Part shown: positions 48,350-59,064 of the stretch, piece after piece | Layout: the number at the start of each line of letters is the position of its first letter | Numbering within the stretch: the stretch's first letter is position 1 | Assembly (NCBI GenBank): GCA_052279835.1 | Contig: CP181291.1 | Location: 4,896,001-4,960,000, forward strand | Length of the DNA stretch: 64,000 nt | DNA from: Microcoleus sp. | GTDB taxonomy: Bacteria; Cyanobacteriota; Cyanobacteriia; Cyanobacteriales; Microcoleaceae | Reading direction: 5' to 3' | Position numbers and translations under genes: made by a program | The notes under the pieces: generated by a model | Database searches by the model: none | What the model was told of the DNA's origin: nothing | What the model saw: the letters and a program-made list of their open reading frames with translations, nothing else

Positions 48350-48895
48350 ATGTCTAGATTAATAGTTGGTTTAAGTGCGGGTTTATTAGCCACTGGCTTG
48401 TTTGGCAGCGCTGGTGAATTCGTTCAAGTGCCTACTGCTAACAACACAATTGTTGCCCAAGCTAACGAACAAACAATTATACAAGAAAATCGGGCTTTAC
48501 TATTGCAAAATCGCCAAACTGCTAAAAATATTGCCACTAAACTAGGTGCAGCAGTTAGCGACGAAGCAGTGCCATCCGGTAGCAATGCTTTGCAAGTTAA
48601 CCAACAACTAATCCTACAAAACCGAGCTATTTTTACCAGTATTGCTAAGAAAGTAGGCGCAACTGTACCGAACGTTGCAGCCGCCGGCAGTGGTGACTTA
48701 GCCACAGAAAACCACAAATTATTGTTGGGAAATAGGCAAATTGTCCGCGCTATAGCTGAAAAATTAGGCGTTAAATTGCCCGCTCCACCTCAATTAACCG
48801 GCAGCATGGTAAAGCAAAATAACACCCTTCTGCAAGGCAACCGCAACGCTTTAGCAGCGATCGCTAGCAAAGTAGGTACAACAGTAGCTAAATAG
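48350..48895 (+). CDS. Secreted hypothetical protein with four ~35-aa repeats
   Basis: Signal peptide, AGGAG ribosome-binding site, repeats of N-x2-L[LI]-x-[QG]NR-x5-IA-x-K[LV]G. Confidence 0.8.
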   Translation: MSRLIVGLSAGLLATGLFGSAGEFVQVPTANNTIVAQANEQTIIQENRALLLQNRQTAKNIATKLGAAVSDEAVPSGSNALQVNQQLILQNRAIFTSIAKKVGATVPNVAAAGSGDLATENHKLLLGNRQIVRAIAEKLGVKLPAPPQLTGSMVKQNNTLLQGNRNALAAIASKVGTTVAK

Positions 48896-48991
48896 GAAAA
48901 TGCTCGCGCTCTAGCTGTTTCCTAGTTCCCAGGCTCAGCCTGGGAACCCAGACTGCTCGGCCTGGCTCCTTCACAATTTAGATAATCTGAT

Positions 48992-49972
48992 TTACAGTTG
49001 CTTTTTAGGAATTTGTAAGACTCGATCCGCCACCATTTTGTCAACGATTAAGTCGCTGATAATCTGAGAACCGTGGGCGGTAAAGTGCAAACCATCATTC
49101 ACTTTTACATAGCCTCGCTTCCCCGATTTGTCAGCAACTACCGGAGTAAATTTGCCACTTTGTGCAAAAGTTTCCCAAGTTGAAATAAAAGTGATTTTTT
49201 GGGAAATTTTCATCGCATTTTTATAAATATTGTTCATAATTGGAAAAGCCTGAATGTATCCCGATTTGTTAGAGTTAGATTGACCAACCCAGTACACTTT
49301 CCGCACGGAGGAATTATTTAATAATTTGGCATATTTGTCTACTCTTTCTTGATAGGCTTTTTGCCATTCTTTAGTCAAAATTACCCGGTATTTTCCTTGA
49401 AAATCAGCGATGTCTTGAGTGTCATTACCTCCAAATAAAACAATCACGACATCGGGCTGATAATCCTTAATAATTTGACTGGTTCTGGCATACCAATCAT
49501 AATAATCTATCCGATTTAAGCCACTGGATACTTTGTAGTCAATTTTGGTATCGGTAATATTATACTTTTGCTTGAGACTGTATTGAAGTTGAGTCCCTAA
49601 GTCGAGCATTACGGAATCTCCAATAAATAAAAATTTACGATAAGGTCTGGTCAGTTTTGGTTTGGCTGGGGTGGTTTTTTTAGGTGATTTTGTAGTTATT
49701 TTTTTGGGTTGTAGGGCTGTTTTATTTGCTGTTTCAACCCGATTTTTGGCTGACTTTACTGGGAGGCTATCTAAGTTAATATCTTTGATTTTGCTCCAAA
49801 AATCTTGCTCCGATTTCCTAAAACCTTCGAGTTCGATCCGCCTTGCTGCTTGTTTTATTTCTGGGCTAGCAAAAGGGGTTGAGGAAAAACTTTTGAGAAA
49901 TAAGGAGAGATTGGTAAATATTAAAGTTAGAATTACAGAAGTAGCGATTAGCAGAATTTCCCTGTCTCTCAT
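48992..49972 (-). CDS. SGNH/GDSL hydrolase-like protein (DUF459; PatB-like O-acetyltransferase partner)
   Basis: Motifs FIGDS, SSGLNR, GGND, DGLHF. N-terminal TM segment. Confidence 0.82.
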   Translation of the reverse strand: MRDREILLIATSVILTLIFTNLSLFLKSFSSTPFASPEIKQAARRIELEGFRKSEQDFWSKIKDINLDSLPVKSAKNRVETANKTALQPKKITTKSPKKTTPAKPKLTRPYRKFLFIGDSVMLDLGTQLQYSLKQKYNITDTKIDYKVSSGLNRIDYYDWYARTSQIIKDYQPDVVIVLFGGNDTQDIADFQGKYRVILTKEWQKAYQERVDKYAKLLNNSSVRKVYWVGQSNSNKSGYIQAFPIMNNIYKNAMKISQKITFISTWETFAQSGKFTPVVADKSGKRGYVKVNDGLHFTAHGSQIISDLIVDKMVADRVLQIPKKQL

Positions 49973-49977
49973 ATTTC

Positions 49978-51393
49978 TTAGAAATTAAAGTATATAAAAG
50001 GCGGAACGGTACTGGGTCCCAGCATCAAAATAGCATACACGAACAGGGAAACTAAGACAACCCGAAAAAAAATGTTTTTTAATGAAAATACGCTCATCAA
50101 TATTTGGGCGATGCGATCGCCCCAAAAATTAATAGCGCCGATGACTGCAATGACTAAATATAATTGCCACAAGTTAAATTGAAAACTCTTGACGGAAGAG
50201 TGGAAAATTCCTTGGCACAGATTGATGGCAGTTTCCCAGTTGGGTGTGCCGAAAAATATCCAGCTACCACTGACAAAACTAAAGGTAAATAACCAACTCA
50301 AAAATCTCGCTGTTTTCGGATATAAATAATCTAATCTGAAGTGGATAGCTTGAGGTAGATCTCTGCATAAATGATTGACAACCAATCCTAAGCCATGAAT
50401 ACAGCCCCAGACAATAAAGTTTAAACCAGCACCGTGCCAAAATCCACCGATCGCCATTGTGCATAATAAATTCAGATATTTTCTCAACTTGCCGTGTTTG
50501 TTGCCACCTAAGGGGATGTAAACGTAATCTCTCAGCCACTCGGAAAGACTGATGTGCCACCTTTTCCAAAATTCTTGGAGGCTTAAGGATTGGTAAGGCA
50601 TATTAAAATTGACAATAGGTTTAAAACCTAGCAAACAGGAGATACCATTGGCTAAATCTGAGTAGCCGCTGAAATCTACATAAATCAAACAGGAATAGGA
50701 AATTACGGCGAGAATTAAATCAATGCTACTATACTGTTGTGGAACTTTGAAGGGCAGTTGAGTGAAGTTAAACAAAAAGCTGGATAAAGTATATTTTTTA
50801 AACAGTCCTGACAAAATTAAAACTATAACTTCTTCGATTTTATAGTCGTATTTTTGGGAAGAATTGAGCTGGGAGTAAAATTCTGGAGCTCGCGATATCG
50901 GCCCGGAGGCAATTTGGGGGAAGTAGGTGATGTAGGTGGCGTAGTCTATAAACTTGGGACAGGAGATTTTTTTCTGGTAGCAGTCGATTAAATGGGAAAT
51001 CATTCTAAATGTGTAGAATGAGACACCGACGGGGATGATAATTTGCAATACTTGAAAACTGGCGGAGATTTTGAGTTGGTTGAGGATGTCAAATAAAGAA
51101 GTTACGAAAAAGTTGCAATATTTAAAGATGCCAAGGTTGGCAATATTGAAAATTAGACCGGATATTAAAGCAAGTTTTTTGTGTTTTCCGTTGCAAACAG
51201 CCCGGATAATGATATAATTGTAGGTAGTACCTAAAATTAGCAAAAATAAAAAATCTAAGCTCCAAAAGGAATAAAAGAATAAACTAGAAAGTAGGAGTAC
51301 AATTTTATATAAATCCACTTGGTGTTTTAAAGATAGGATAGCACTAAATATAATTAGAAAAAAAACTAAAAATTGGTAAGTAGGAAATAGCAT
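49978..51393 (-). CDS. MBOAT family O-acyltransferase (AlgI/PatA-like)
   Basis: Motifs PVGVSFYTF, FPQIASGPI, DFSGYSD, FWKRWHISLSEWLRDYVYIPLGG, GFWHGA. Confidence 0.93.
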   Translation of the reverse strand: MLFPTYQFLVFFLIIFSAILSLKHQVDLYKIVLLLSSLFFYSFWSLDFLFLLILGTTYNYIIIRAVCNGKHKKLALISGLIFNIANLGIFKYCNFFVTSLFDILNQLKISASFQVLQIIIPVGVSFYTFRMISHLIDCYQKKISCPKFIDYATYITYFPQIASGPISRAPEFYSQLNSSQKYDYKIEEVIVLILSGLFKKYTLSSFLFNFTQLPFKVPQQYSSIDLILAVISYSCLIYVDFSGYSDLANGISCLLGFKPIVNFNMPYQSLSLQEFWKRWHISLSEWLRDYVYIPLGGNKHGKLRKYLNLLCTMAIGGFWHGAGLNFIVWGCIHGLGLVVNHLCRDLPQAIHFRLDYLYPKTARFLSWLFTFSFVSGSWIFFGTPNWETAINLCQGIFHSSVKSFQFNLWQLYLVIAVIGAINFWGDRIAQILMSVFSLKNIFFRVVLVSLFVYAILMLGPSTVPPFIYFNF

Positions 51394-51491
51394 GATAGTC
51401 AGTAAATAAACTTTTGAGTGAGGGGAATATTTTCAAAAGAAGAAGAAGATATTTATAATAGTAAAAATCCCTGTGATTGCGAGGAACCAAA

Positions 51492-54425
51492 GTGCAGCCA
51501 ACAGACCCTAGCAAATTTACCGATGAAGCCTGGGAATCCATTGTCAAATCCCAGGATGTAGCGCGCCGTTTTGCCAATCAGCAGCTAGAGGTTGAGCATT
51601 TAGCGATCGCCATTCTAGAACAGCTTGGTTTAGCAAACACCATTCTCAGCCTGGCCGGAATAGATGTCACCCGCTTTGGGCAACAGTTAGAAGCCTTTGC
51701 CAAACGACAGCCGAGAGTTGCCAACGCTGAACAACTATACCTCGGTCGTGGCTTAGATGTGATGTTAGATGTTGCCGAAGCCACCAGAGTGACTTGGCAA
51801 GATAATTTTATCGCCATTGAACATTTATTAATTGGCTTAATAGAAGATGAACGAGTTGGTAGGCGTTTGCTGACTAGGGGCGATGGGCCGCCGGGACGCC
51901 CTGGTTACGATCGCAGACCGGCACCCGGTACGATCGATCGCCCAAAACTCGAAGAAGCCATCAAATCTGTCCGCGCTACTGCAAAAGTCCCAGAAAAAAA
52001 TTCCGAAACCAACAAATCCAGCCTCCGCAACCCTAAAACTCCCGATCGAGATGGGGAAGCTAACTCCGACGCCCTGAGTAAATACGGCCGCGATTTAACC
52101 GAAGCTGCAAAAGCAGGCAAACTTGACCCCGTAATCGGCCGCGATGAAGAAATTCGCCGGGTAGTCCAAGTTCTTTCCCGCCGCCAAAAAAACAATCCGG
52201 TGTTAATTGGCGATCCCGGAGTCGGCAAAACGGCGATCGCCGAAGGTTTGGCCCAACGCATAGTTAACGGTGACGTCCCCGAATCTTTGAAAAATCGCCA
52301 ACTATTTAGCCTTGACATGGGCAGTTTAATTGCTGGGGCAAAATTCCGGGGCGAATTTGAAGAACGACTGCGATCGGTCCTGCGAGAAGTCATCGATTCC
52401 GACGGGCAAATAGTCCTATTTATTGATGAATTGCACACCGTTGTCGGTACTGGTGGCGGCGGTAGTTCCGGTTCAGGAATGGATGCGGGCAATTTGTTGA
52501 AACCCATGTTAGCCCGCGGCGAATTGCGCTGTATCGGCGCTACAACTCTCGACGAATTCCGCAAGCATATCGAAAAAGACCCGGCTTTGGAACGCCGTTT
52601 TCAACAAGTATTTGTCGGCGAGCCCAGCGTTGAAGATACTATTTCGATTTTGCGCGGATTGAAAGACCGTTACGAACGCCACCACGGGGTAAAAATCACT
52701 GATTCGGCCTTGGTGGCTGCTGCAACTTTGTCTTTTCGCTATATTTCCGATCGCTTTTTGCCGGATAAGGCGATCGACTTGGTAGATGAAGCCGCCGCCC
52801 ACTTGAAAATGGAAATTACTTCTAAACCTGTGGAATTGGAGGCGATCGACCGTCGCGTGATGCAGTTGGAAATGGAAAAATTGTCCATCGAAGGTGAGGG
52901 AAAAGGTACTCAAGCCTTGGGAATTGGTCCCCGCATCGAACGCATCAAAACTGAGATTGACATTTTGAAAGTCAAACAGGAAAAATTGTCTTCTCAGTGG
53001 TCTGGCGAAAAGCAGTTGTTGGATGCCATCAATAAATTGAAAGCAGAAGAAGACCAATTGCGAGTGCAAATAGAACAGGCAGAAAGGGCTTACGATTTGA
53101 ATAAAGCAGCCCAGTTAAAGTACGGGAAATTGGAAACTGCGGTGCGCGATCGCGAAGCCAAAGAAGCCGAACTTTTGAAACAACAATCTCAAGGTTCTTC
53201 CCTACTGAGGGAAAAAGTTACTGAGGGTGATATCGCAGAAATTGTTGCCAAATGGACTGGGATTCCTGTCAACAGGTTGCTGGAATCGGAACGCCAAAAA
53301 TTGCTGCAATTGGAGAAGCATTTGCACCACCGGGTAATCGGTCAACAGGAGGCTGTGACAGCCGTTGCTGCGGCAATTCGGCGAGCTCGTGCGGGGATGA
53401 AAGACCCCGGAAGGCCGATCGGCTCTTTCTTGTTCATGGGCCCGACAGGTGTCGGCAAAACTGAGTTGGCGCGGGCTTTGGCGGAGTTTTTATTTGATAG
53501 CGATGACGCGATAGTCCGCATTGATATGTCCGAATATATGGAGAAGCAAAACGTTTCTCGGTTAGTAGGAGCTCCCCCCGGATATGTCGGTTACGATGAA
53601 GGGGGACAACTTTCGGAAGCAGTGCGCAGACATCCTTATTCGGTGGTGTTATTTGATGAAGTGGAAAAGGCACACCCGGATGTATTTAACATTTTGCTGC
53701 AAGTGTTGGATGATGGCAGAATCACAGATTCTCAAGGTCGATTGGTGGACTTTAGAAATACCGTGATTGTGATGACTAGCAATATCGGTAGCGACCACAT
53801 TTTAGAAGTCTTTTCTAAGAAGGGAAAAACCGCCAAAAAAACTACCGCTCGCAAGCAGGAAGTCCCGGATTTTTCCAGTCAAAAGACCAACTATAAAGTT
53901 GATGATGATGGTACGGTTGAAATTTCGGCTTCGCGAGTTTCTGATGTTGTGAATCCTCCCATTTCTCAGGAACCAGAAAGTTTACCTATTTCTGAACGGG
54001 AGACTGACGAAGAGTACGAACAGATGTTGAAACGGGTGATGACTGCTTTGCGATCGCACTTCCGGCCGGAATTTCTAAATCGGGTGGATGAGACAATTTT
54101 GTTCCACACTTTGAGCAAAACTGAACTCCGCCAAATTGTCACTATTCAAGTCAAGCGAATTGAACGGTTGTTGGCGGAACAAAAGATTACCTTGGAACTG
54201 TCGGATGCTGCCAAAAACCATATCACAAATGTTGGTTACGACCCAGTTTATGGTGCTCGTCCTTTGAAACGGGCTATTCAGCGGGAGTTGGAAAACCCGC
54301 TGGCTAATAAGATTCTGGAAAATGCTTTTGTGGAGGGTGATACAATTGCGATCGATTGTGAAAATAATAGTTTGCAATTTCGCAAAATAGAGTCTCGTCC
54401 GGCCTTAGTTGGTAACAGTTTGTAG
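51492..54425 (+). CDS. clpB: ATP-dependent chaperone ClpB (with insertions)
   Basis: GTG start [10 protein letters not shown]. Walker A motifs GDPGVGKT and GPTGVGKT, coiled-coil M domain, [16 protein letters not shown]. Confidence 0.95.
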   Translation: MQPTDPSKFTDEAWESIVKSQDVARRFANQQLEVEHLAIAILEQLGLANTILSLAGIDVTRFGQQLEAFAKRQPRVANAEQLYLGRGLDVMLDVAEATRVTWQDNFIAIEHLLIGLIEDERVGRRLLTRGDGPPGRPGYDRRPAPGTIDRPKLEEAIKSVRATAKVPEKNSETNKSSLRNPKTPDRDGEANSDALSKYGRDLTEAAKAGKLDPVIGRDEEIRRVVQVLSRRQKNNPVLIGDPGVGKTAIAEGLAQRIVNGDVPESLKNRQLFSLDMGSLIAGAKFRGEFEERLRSVLREVIDSDGQIVLFIDELHTVVGTGGGGSSGSGMDAGNLLKPMLARGELRCIGATTLDEFRKHIEKDPALERRFQQVFVGEPSVEDTISILRGLKDRYERHHGVKITDSALVAAATLSFRYISDRFLPDKAIDLVDEAAAHLKMEITSKPVELEAIDRRVMQLEMEKLSIEGEGKGTQALGIGPRIERIKTEIDILKVKQEKLSSQWSGEKQLLDAINKLKAEEDQLRVQIEQAERAYDLNKAAQLKYGKLETAVRDREAKEAELLKQQSQGSSLLREKVTEGDIAEIVAKWTGIPVNRLLESERQKLLQLEKHLHHRVIGQQEAVTAVAAAIRRARAGMKDPGRPIGSFLFMGPTGVGKTELARALAEFLFDSDDAIVRIDMSEYMEKQNVSRLVGAPPGYVGYDEGGQLSEAVRRHPYSVVLFDEVEKAHPDVFNILLQVLDDGRITDSQGRLVDFRNTVIVMTSNIGSDHILEVFSKKGKTAKKTTARKQEVPDFSSQKTNYKVDDDGTVEISASRVSDVVNPPISQEPESLPISERETDEEYEQMLKRVMTALRSHFRPEFLNRVDETILFHTLSKTELRQIVTIQVKRIERLLAEQKITLELSDAAKNHITNVGYDPVYGARPLKRAIQRELENPLANKILENAFVEGDTIAIDCENNSLQFRKIESRPALVGNSL

Positions 54426-54565
54426 CTTGGTTAGGAACAGGCAAAAAAGCCTGCTCCACAAAAGATTTCAGGACTTACAAACCCGGTTTCTCTAGCCTTT
54501 TTCAGTTAGGTGGGTACTAGGTAATGAGACCCCCCCCTAGGGGGGATGGGAATAGGGTATAGGGC

Positions 54566-54649
54566 ATTACCTATTACCAATTACCAATTACCTATTACCA
54601 ATTACCTATTACCAATTACCTATTACCTATTACCAATTACCTATTACCT
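54566..54649. repeat. Heptamer tandem repeat (ATTACC[T/A])12
   Basis: Reverse complement of the 40309 repeat unit. Confidence 0.92.
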
Positions 54650-54669
54650 ATTATTGAAAATGGTTCAAA

Positions 54670-54900
54670 TTAGGAATTGGACATGGTGCTGCTACCATAG
54701 GCATCCAGGCTGTAGGCGGGAACGCGAAGGCTGTAATCAATCTCTGTTCCGGTGACGGTTACAGCCAATTTTTCAAAAGATTCTGAGTTCCAATTGCGAT
54801 CGTGGATGGGCTTGGACTGTTCGCCCAGGAAGTATGCTTGAGTGCCAATTACTGAGGCTGCTACCCAACCGACGATTAAAAGGGCGATTACGATAGTCAT
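54670..54900 (-). CDS. Small single-TM protein, Psb35-related family
   Basis: IVGWVAASVIGTQAYF.GEQ.KPIH.RNW.S.SFE pattern, recalled from cyanobacterial Psb35-related proteins. Confidence 0.7.
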   Translation of the reverse strand: MTIVIALLIVGWVAASVIGTQAYFLGEQSKPIHDRNWNSESFEKLAVTVTGTEIDYSLRVPAYSLDAYGSSTMSNS

Positions 54901-54928
54901 GGCGGCTTTTCCTTAAGTTTTGTTGCTT

Positions 54929-54946
54929 TATGTAAATAAATGTAAC
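54929..54946 (-). promoter_or_regulatory. HLR1 (RpaB-binding) direct repeat
   Basis: Minus strand GTTACATT-TA-TTTACATA fits (G/T)TTACA(T/A)(T/A)-N2-(G/T)TTACA(T/A)(T/A). Confidence 0.7.
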
Positions 54947-55471
54947 AAATGTTTGCGGAGGATGTCAAGATAGTGTATTGTCGTGCCAACCGTCCAGTAG
55001 GTACGGAATGCCACACCTAATGCTTCCAACCGCCGACATCTAGTAATTTCAGATGGAGAGAGACGGAGGGAGACGGGGGTAAATTAGCTATAACTAGCAG
55101 TAGGCATTTCGATTGTTGACAATATTGATGCCGAAGGAAAAGTTACCAGCAAACAGATTAGGACTTGATTTCAGGATAGGATATATCGCAGATTAGCCAA
55201 GTTTTTTGTTAATAATTTATAAGTTTCGCCTTCATAAACCATCGTGAACGACTCAGCCTTTAGTATGAGAAAGTGCTAGGGTGTTATGAGTTATAATCAA
55301 CAAGTTTGGATTTGAAAAATAGCAAGCATTACAGGATTTATCAACCTGTCGATCGATTTGAGCCCGCATCAGTGTCTGAGCGGTTCCTGAAACCAAAAAA
55401 TCTCGATCGCCAATGAAATCAGATTGCTATCACCATTCCTTCTACCCTCTTCCTTTTTCCCCAGGATAATT

Positions 55472-58400
55472 ATGCACAACTCAATCTTAAATGACGACCC
55501 TTTGTGGTTCAAAGATGCGATCATTTACGAAGTACCAATTCGCGCTTTTGCCGACAGCAATGGTGATGGTATCGGCGACTTTCGTGGGCTAACTGAAAAA
55601 CTGGATTATCTGCAAAACTTGGGAGTAACAGCAATTTGGGTACTGCCGTTTTTTCCATCTCCGCTCCGAGATGATGGCTACGATACTTCGGATTATATGA
55701 GCGTCAACCCGATTTATGGCACTTTAGAAGACTTTAAACATCTTTTAGAAGAAGCGCACCTGCGGGGAATTAGAGTTATTATTGAGTTAATTGTCAACCA
55801 CACTTCAGACCAACACGCTTGGTTTCAGAAAGCGCGACGTGCTCCTAAAGGTAGCAAAGAAAGAGAATTTTATGTATGGAGCGATACGCCAGAAAAATAT
55901 CAAGATGCTCGGATTATTTTCCAGGATTTTGAAACTTCTAATTGGGCTTGGGATGCCGTAGCAAAAGCTTATTATTGGCATCGTTTTTATTCCCACCAAC
56001 CAGACTTGAATTATGACAATCCAGCGGTGCGTCTCGCCATATTAGATGTGGTAGATTTTTGGTTAGCAATGGGAGTGGATGGACTGCGAATGGATGCGGT
56101 GCCTTACTTGTACGAGCGCGAAGGTACTAACTGTGAAAACTTGTCAGAAACTCACTTATTTCTGAAACAGTTGCGGAAGCACGTAGATGAGAAATTCCCC
56201 AACCGAATGCTGCTAGCTGAGGCGAATCAGTGGCCGGAGGATGCGGTTGAATATTACGCGGATGGGGATGAATGTCACATGAATTTTCATTTCCCGCTGA
56301 TGCCGCGCTTGTTCATGTCTGTACACATGGAAGATAGCTTTCCGATTATTGATATTCTCCAGCAAACTCCCCAGATTCCTAATAACTGTCAGTGGGCATT
56401 GTTTTTGCGAAATCATGACGAACTGACGCTGGAAATGGTGAGTGATGAAGACCGAGATTATATGTACCGAGTTTACGCTCAAGATACCCAGGCGAGGATT
56501 AATTTGGGTATCCGCCGTCGCTTGGCTCCACTGATGGGAAATAATCGCCGCCGGATTGAGTTGATGAATGCTTTGCTGCTTTCTCTTCCGGGTACGCCTG
56601 TGCTTTACTATGGCGATGAAATTGGGATGGGTGACAATATTTATTTGGGCGATCGCAACGGGGTGAGAACTCCGATGCAGTGGAGTGGCGATCGCAATGC
56701 CGGTTTCAGTCGCGCTAACCAACAACGGCTCTACGCACCGCCAATTGTTGACCCTGAATATCACTACGAATCTGTGAATGTGGAGGCGCAACGCTCTAAT
56801 CCAAATTCTCTTTGGTGGTGGATGAAACGCCTCATAGCTATTCGCCAACGCTTCCAAGCATTCGGCCGCGGAACTTGCGAATTTCTTTACCCGGAAAACC
56901 GCAAAGTTTTAGCTTTTGTGCGTACTTATCAAGACGAACACGTTTTAGTAGTAGCGAATTTGTCCCGCTTCGTACAGACGGCAGAATTAGACCTTTCGCC
57001 CTTCAAAGGTGCTATTCCGGTGGAGATTTTTGGTCGGACAGAGTTTCCGGCTGTGGGCGATTCGGCTTACTTTTTGAGTTTGAGTCCTCACTCATTTTAT
57101 TGGTTTACCCTTACTGTCAAAACCGAAGAATTTTCCCTACACTTACCTCAAACGGAACTGCCGACATTAGGTATCCCAGGCAACTGGAAAACAGCTTTTG
57201 CTACCAGTAAATTGAGAGAGGGACTGGTTCCTATTTTGCCTGATTACTTGCGTTCTAGTCCTTGGTTTATCGGTAGGGATAGGACGATTCAATCTTTGCA
57301 AATAGATGAAATTGTGCCAGTTGAATGTAAAAAATATTCGGGATTAGAATCCACAGTCTACATTTTACTGTTGCAGTTAAATTATACTGAAGGGATGGCA
57401 GAAAGTTACATTTTGCCTGTAGGTTGGGAAGAGATTCAAGGTGATGTGGACGAACGGGCGATCGCTAGGATTCAATTTTTAGAAAAAAACGAAGTTGGGG
57501 TACTATTTGATGCAGCCACGGACAAAGCTTTTCTCAGTGTTCTGCTAGAGGCGATCGCCCATTCTGGTAATTACAAAGGTGTCGCGGGTAAAGTGCTAGG
57601 AATTCCCGACAATGCACTCGCCTCAGAACCAGATTTGTCAAAGCTAGAACCTCATGTATTCAAAAAAGAACATAGCAATACATCCGCAGGTTACGGCGAT
57701 CGCTTCGCCTTCAAACTCTTGCGAAAAGTTGAAGAAGGTATCAACCCAGAACTAGAAATCGGACGCTTTTTAACCGATCGCAACTTGATTCAACACTTTG
57801 CTCCCATTGCCGGATATTTAGAATATCAGGCGGAAGGGAAACCAGTAATGACAATGGGTATCTTGCAAAAATTCGTCCCCGATAGCAGGGATGCCTGGTC
57901 CTATACCTTAGACACATTGCGCGACTATTTCGAGCAAGTAATGGCAGTAGAAGCCAAGTATGCAGCAGAAAATTTATCTACGGACCCCGAAAATTATTTA
58001 CCGAATGCCAACACCGCACCAATGCAGCGGCATTCAAACTCGTTAGTCTCCGATTTATCCCTAGCAGTTCCCGAATTAGCTCGCGAACTAATCGGTTCCT
58101 ATTTAGCCTCCGCCGAACTTTTAGGACAGCGGACAGCCGAACTTCACCTAGCATTAGCTTCCGATGCACAAAATCCCGATTTTGCCCCAGAAAACTTTAC
58201 TTCATTTTACCAACGTTCCATCTATCAACAGATGAGAAATTTAGCAGGAAGGACTTTGCTGCTACTGAAAAAACGGCTATCCCAACTGCCACCGGAAACC
58301 CAAAAATTGGGACAAGTTCTGCTAAATCGGGAAGACTTGCTGATGGAACGTTTCAAATCTATTTTGAACTTAAAAATCACGGCAGAGCGCATTCGCTGTC

Positions 58401-58852
58401 ATGGGGACTTTCATTTAGGAAAAGTTCTGTATACAGGCAAAGAGTTTGTGATTATTAACTTTGGAGGAGAAAGAAATCGACCCTTAAGCGAGAGGCGGAT
58501 GAAGCGATCGCCCCTGCGAGATGTAGCGGGAATGCTACAATCTTTCAACTATGCTGTGAGTTTGGGGCTCCGCAATGAAGTAGAAAGCGGGATGATTCGT
58601 CCTGAAAATTTATCGGAGATGCAGCAGTGGGCCAAGGTTTGGGATCGTTGGGTTAGCCTGACTTTTCTGAAGAGTTATTTGCTGAAAGCAGCCGATGCAA
58701 ACTTCTTGCCAAAATCAATCGCGGAAATACAAGTTTTACTGGATGCCTACATCTTAGAAAAAACGGTTTCTGAGCTGGTGTATGAACTTAATTATCGCGT
58801 GGATTGGATAGAAGTTCCGCTTCAGCGGATGCTGCAATTGCTGGAACGTTGA
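55472..58852 (+). CDS. treS: Trehalose synthase / maltose alpha-D-glucosyltransferase fused to a maltokinase-like domain
   Basis: GH13 motifs DSNGDGIGD, VNHTSDQH, LRMDAVPY, LAEANQ, LRNHDELTLE. C-terminal kinase-like HGDFHLG and RSPLRDVAGM. Confidence 0.93.
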   Translation: MHNSILNDDPLWFKDAIIYEVPIRAFADSNGDGIGDFRGLTEKLDYLQNLGVTAIWVLPFFPSPLRDDGYDTSDYMSVNPIYGTLEDFKHLLEEAHLRGIRVIIELIVNHTSDQHAWFQKARRAPKGSKEREFYVWSDTPEKYQDARIIFQDFETSNWAWDAVAKAYYWHRFYSHQPDLNYDNPAVRLAILDVVDFWLAMGVDGLRMDAVPYLYEREGTNCENLSETHLFLKQLRKHVDEKFPNRMLLAEANQWPEDAVEYYADGDECHMNFHFPLMPRLFMSVHMEDSFPIIDILQQTPQIPNNCQWALFLRNHDELTLEMVSDEDRDYMYRVYAQDTQARINLGIRRRLAPLMGNNRRRIELMNALLLSLPGTPVLYYGDEIGMGDNIYLGDRNGVRTPMQWSGDRNAGFSRANQQRLYAPPIVDPEYHYESVNVEAQRSNPNSLWWWMKRLIAIRQRFQAFGRGTCEFLYPENRKVLAFVRTYQDEHVLVVANLSRFVQTAELDLSPFKGAIPVEIFGRTEFPAVGDSAYFLSLSPHSFYWFTLTVKTEEFSLHLPQTELPTLGIPGNWKTAFATSKLREGLVPILPDYLRSSPWFIGRDRTIQSLQIDEIVPVECKKYSGLESTVYILLLQLNYTEGMAESYILPVGWEEIQGDVDERAIARIQFLEKNEVGVLFDAATDKAFLSVLLEAIAHSGNYKGVAGKVLGIPDNALASEPDLSKLEPHVFKKEHSNTSAGYGDRFAFKLLRKVEEGINPELEIGRFLTDRNLIQHFAPIAGYLEYQAEGKPVMTMGILQKFVPDSRDAWSYTLDTLRDYFEQVMAVEAKYAAENLSTDPENYLPNANTAPMQRHSNSLVSDLSLAVPELARELIGSYLASAELLGQRTAELHLALASDAQNPDFAPENFTSFYQRSIYQQMRNLAGRTLLLLKKRLSQLPPETQKLGQVLLNREDLLMERFKSILNLKITAERIRCHGDFHLGKVLYTGKEFVIINFGGERNRPLSERRMKRSPLRDVAGMLQSFNYAVSLGLRNEVESGMIRPENLSEMQQWAKVWDRWVSLTFLKSYLLKAADANFLPKSIAEIQVLLDAYILEKTVSELVYELNYRVDWIEVPLQRMLQLLER

Positions 58853-59064
58853 CAATTGAATTCTTCCTGAATATCCCTCATCCTCCCTTGGGGGCAGGGG
58901 TGTTTCATTCTCCAGAAAACGATGATTCTGTAGGGGTAGTGCCCCGGTGCCTACCCCCCTTATATCAAATCCGGTAGCAGGGGAATTATTTATCTCTGTT
59001 ATCTCCCTCTGTGTTCTCTGCGTTCTAGTAAGGTTAAATCATTCCGATCCAACGGTCAACGATA

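Noticed and set aside
51905..53069. Long antisense ORFs (219 aa and 186 aa) within clpB, and similar ones within treS, the ATPase and proS
   Set aside because: Typical antisense open frames of conserved genes, with no independent coding signal.
54546..54755. 69-aa ORF with LPITNY/LPITYY repeats
   Set aside because: Translation of the heptamer DNA array, overlapping a real gene on the opposite strand.
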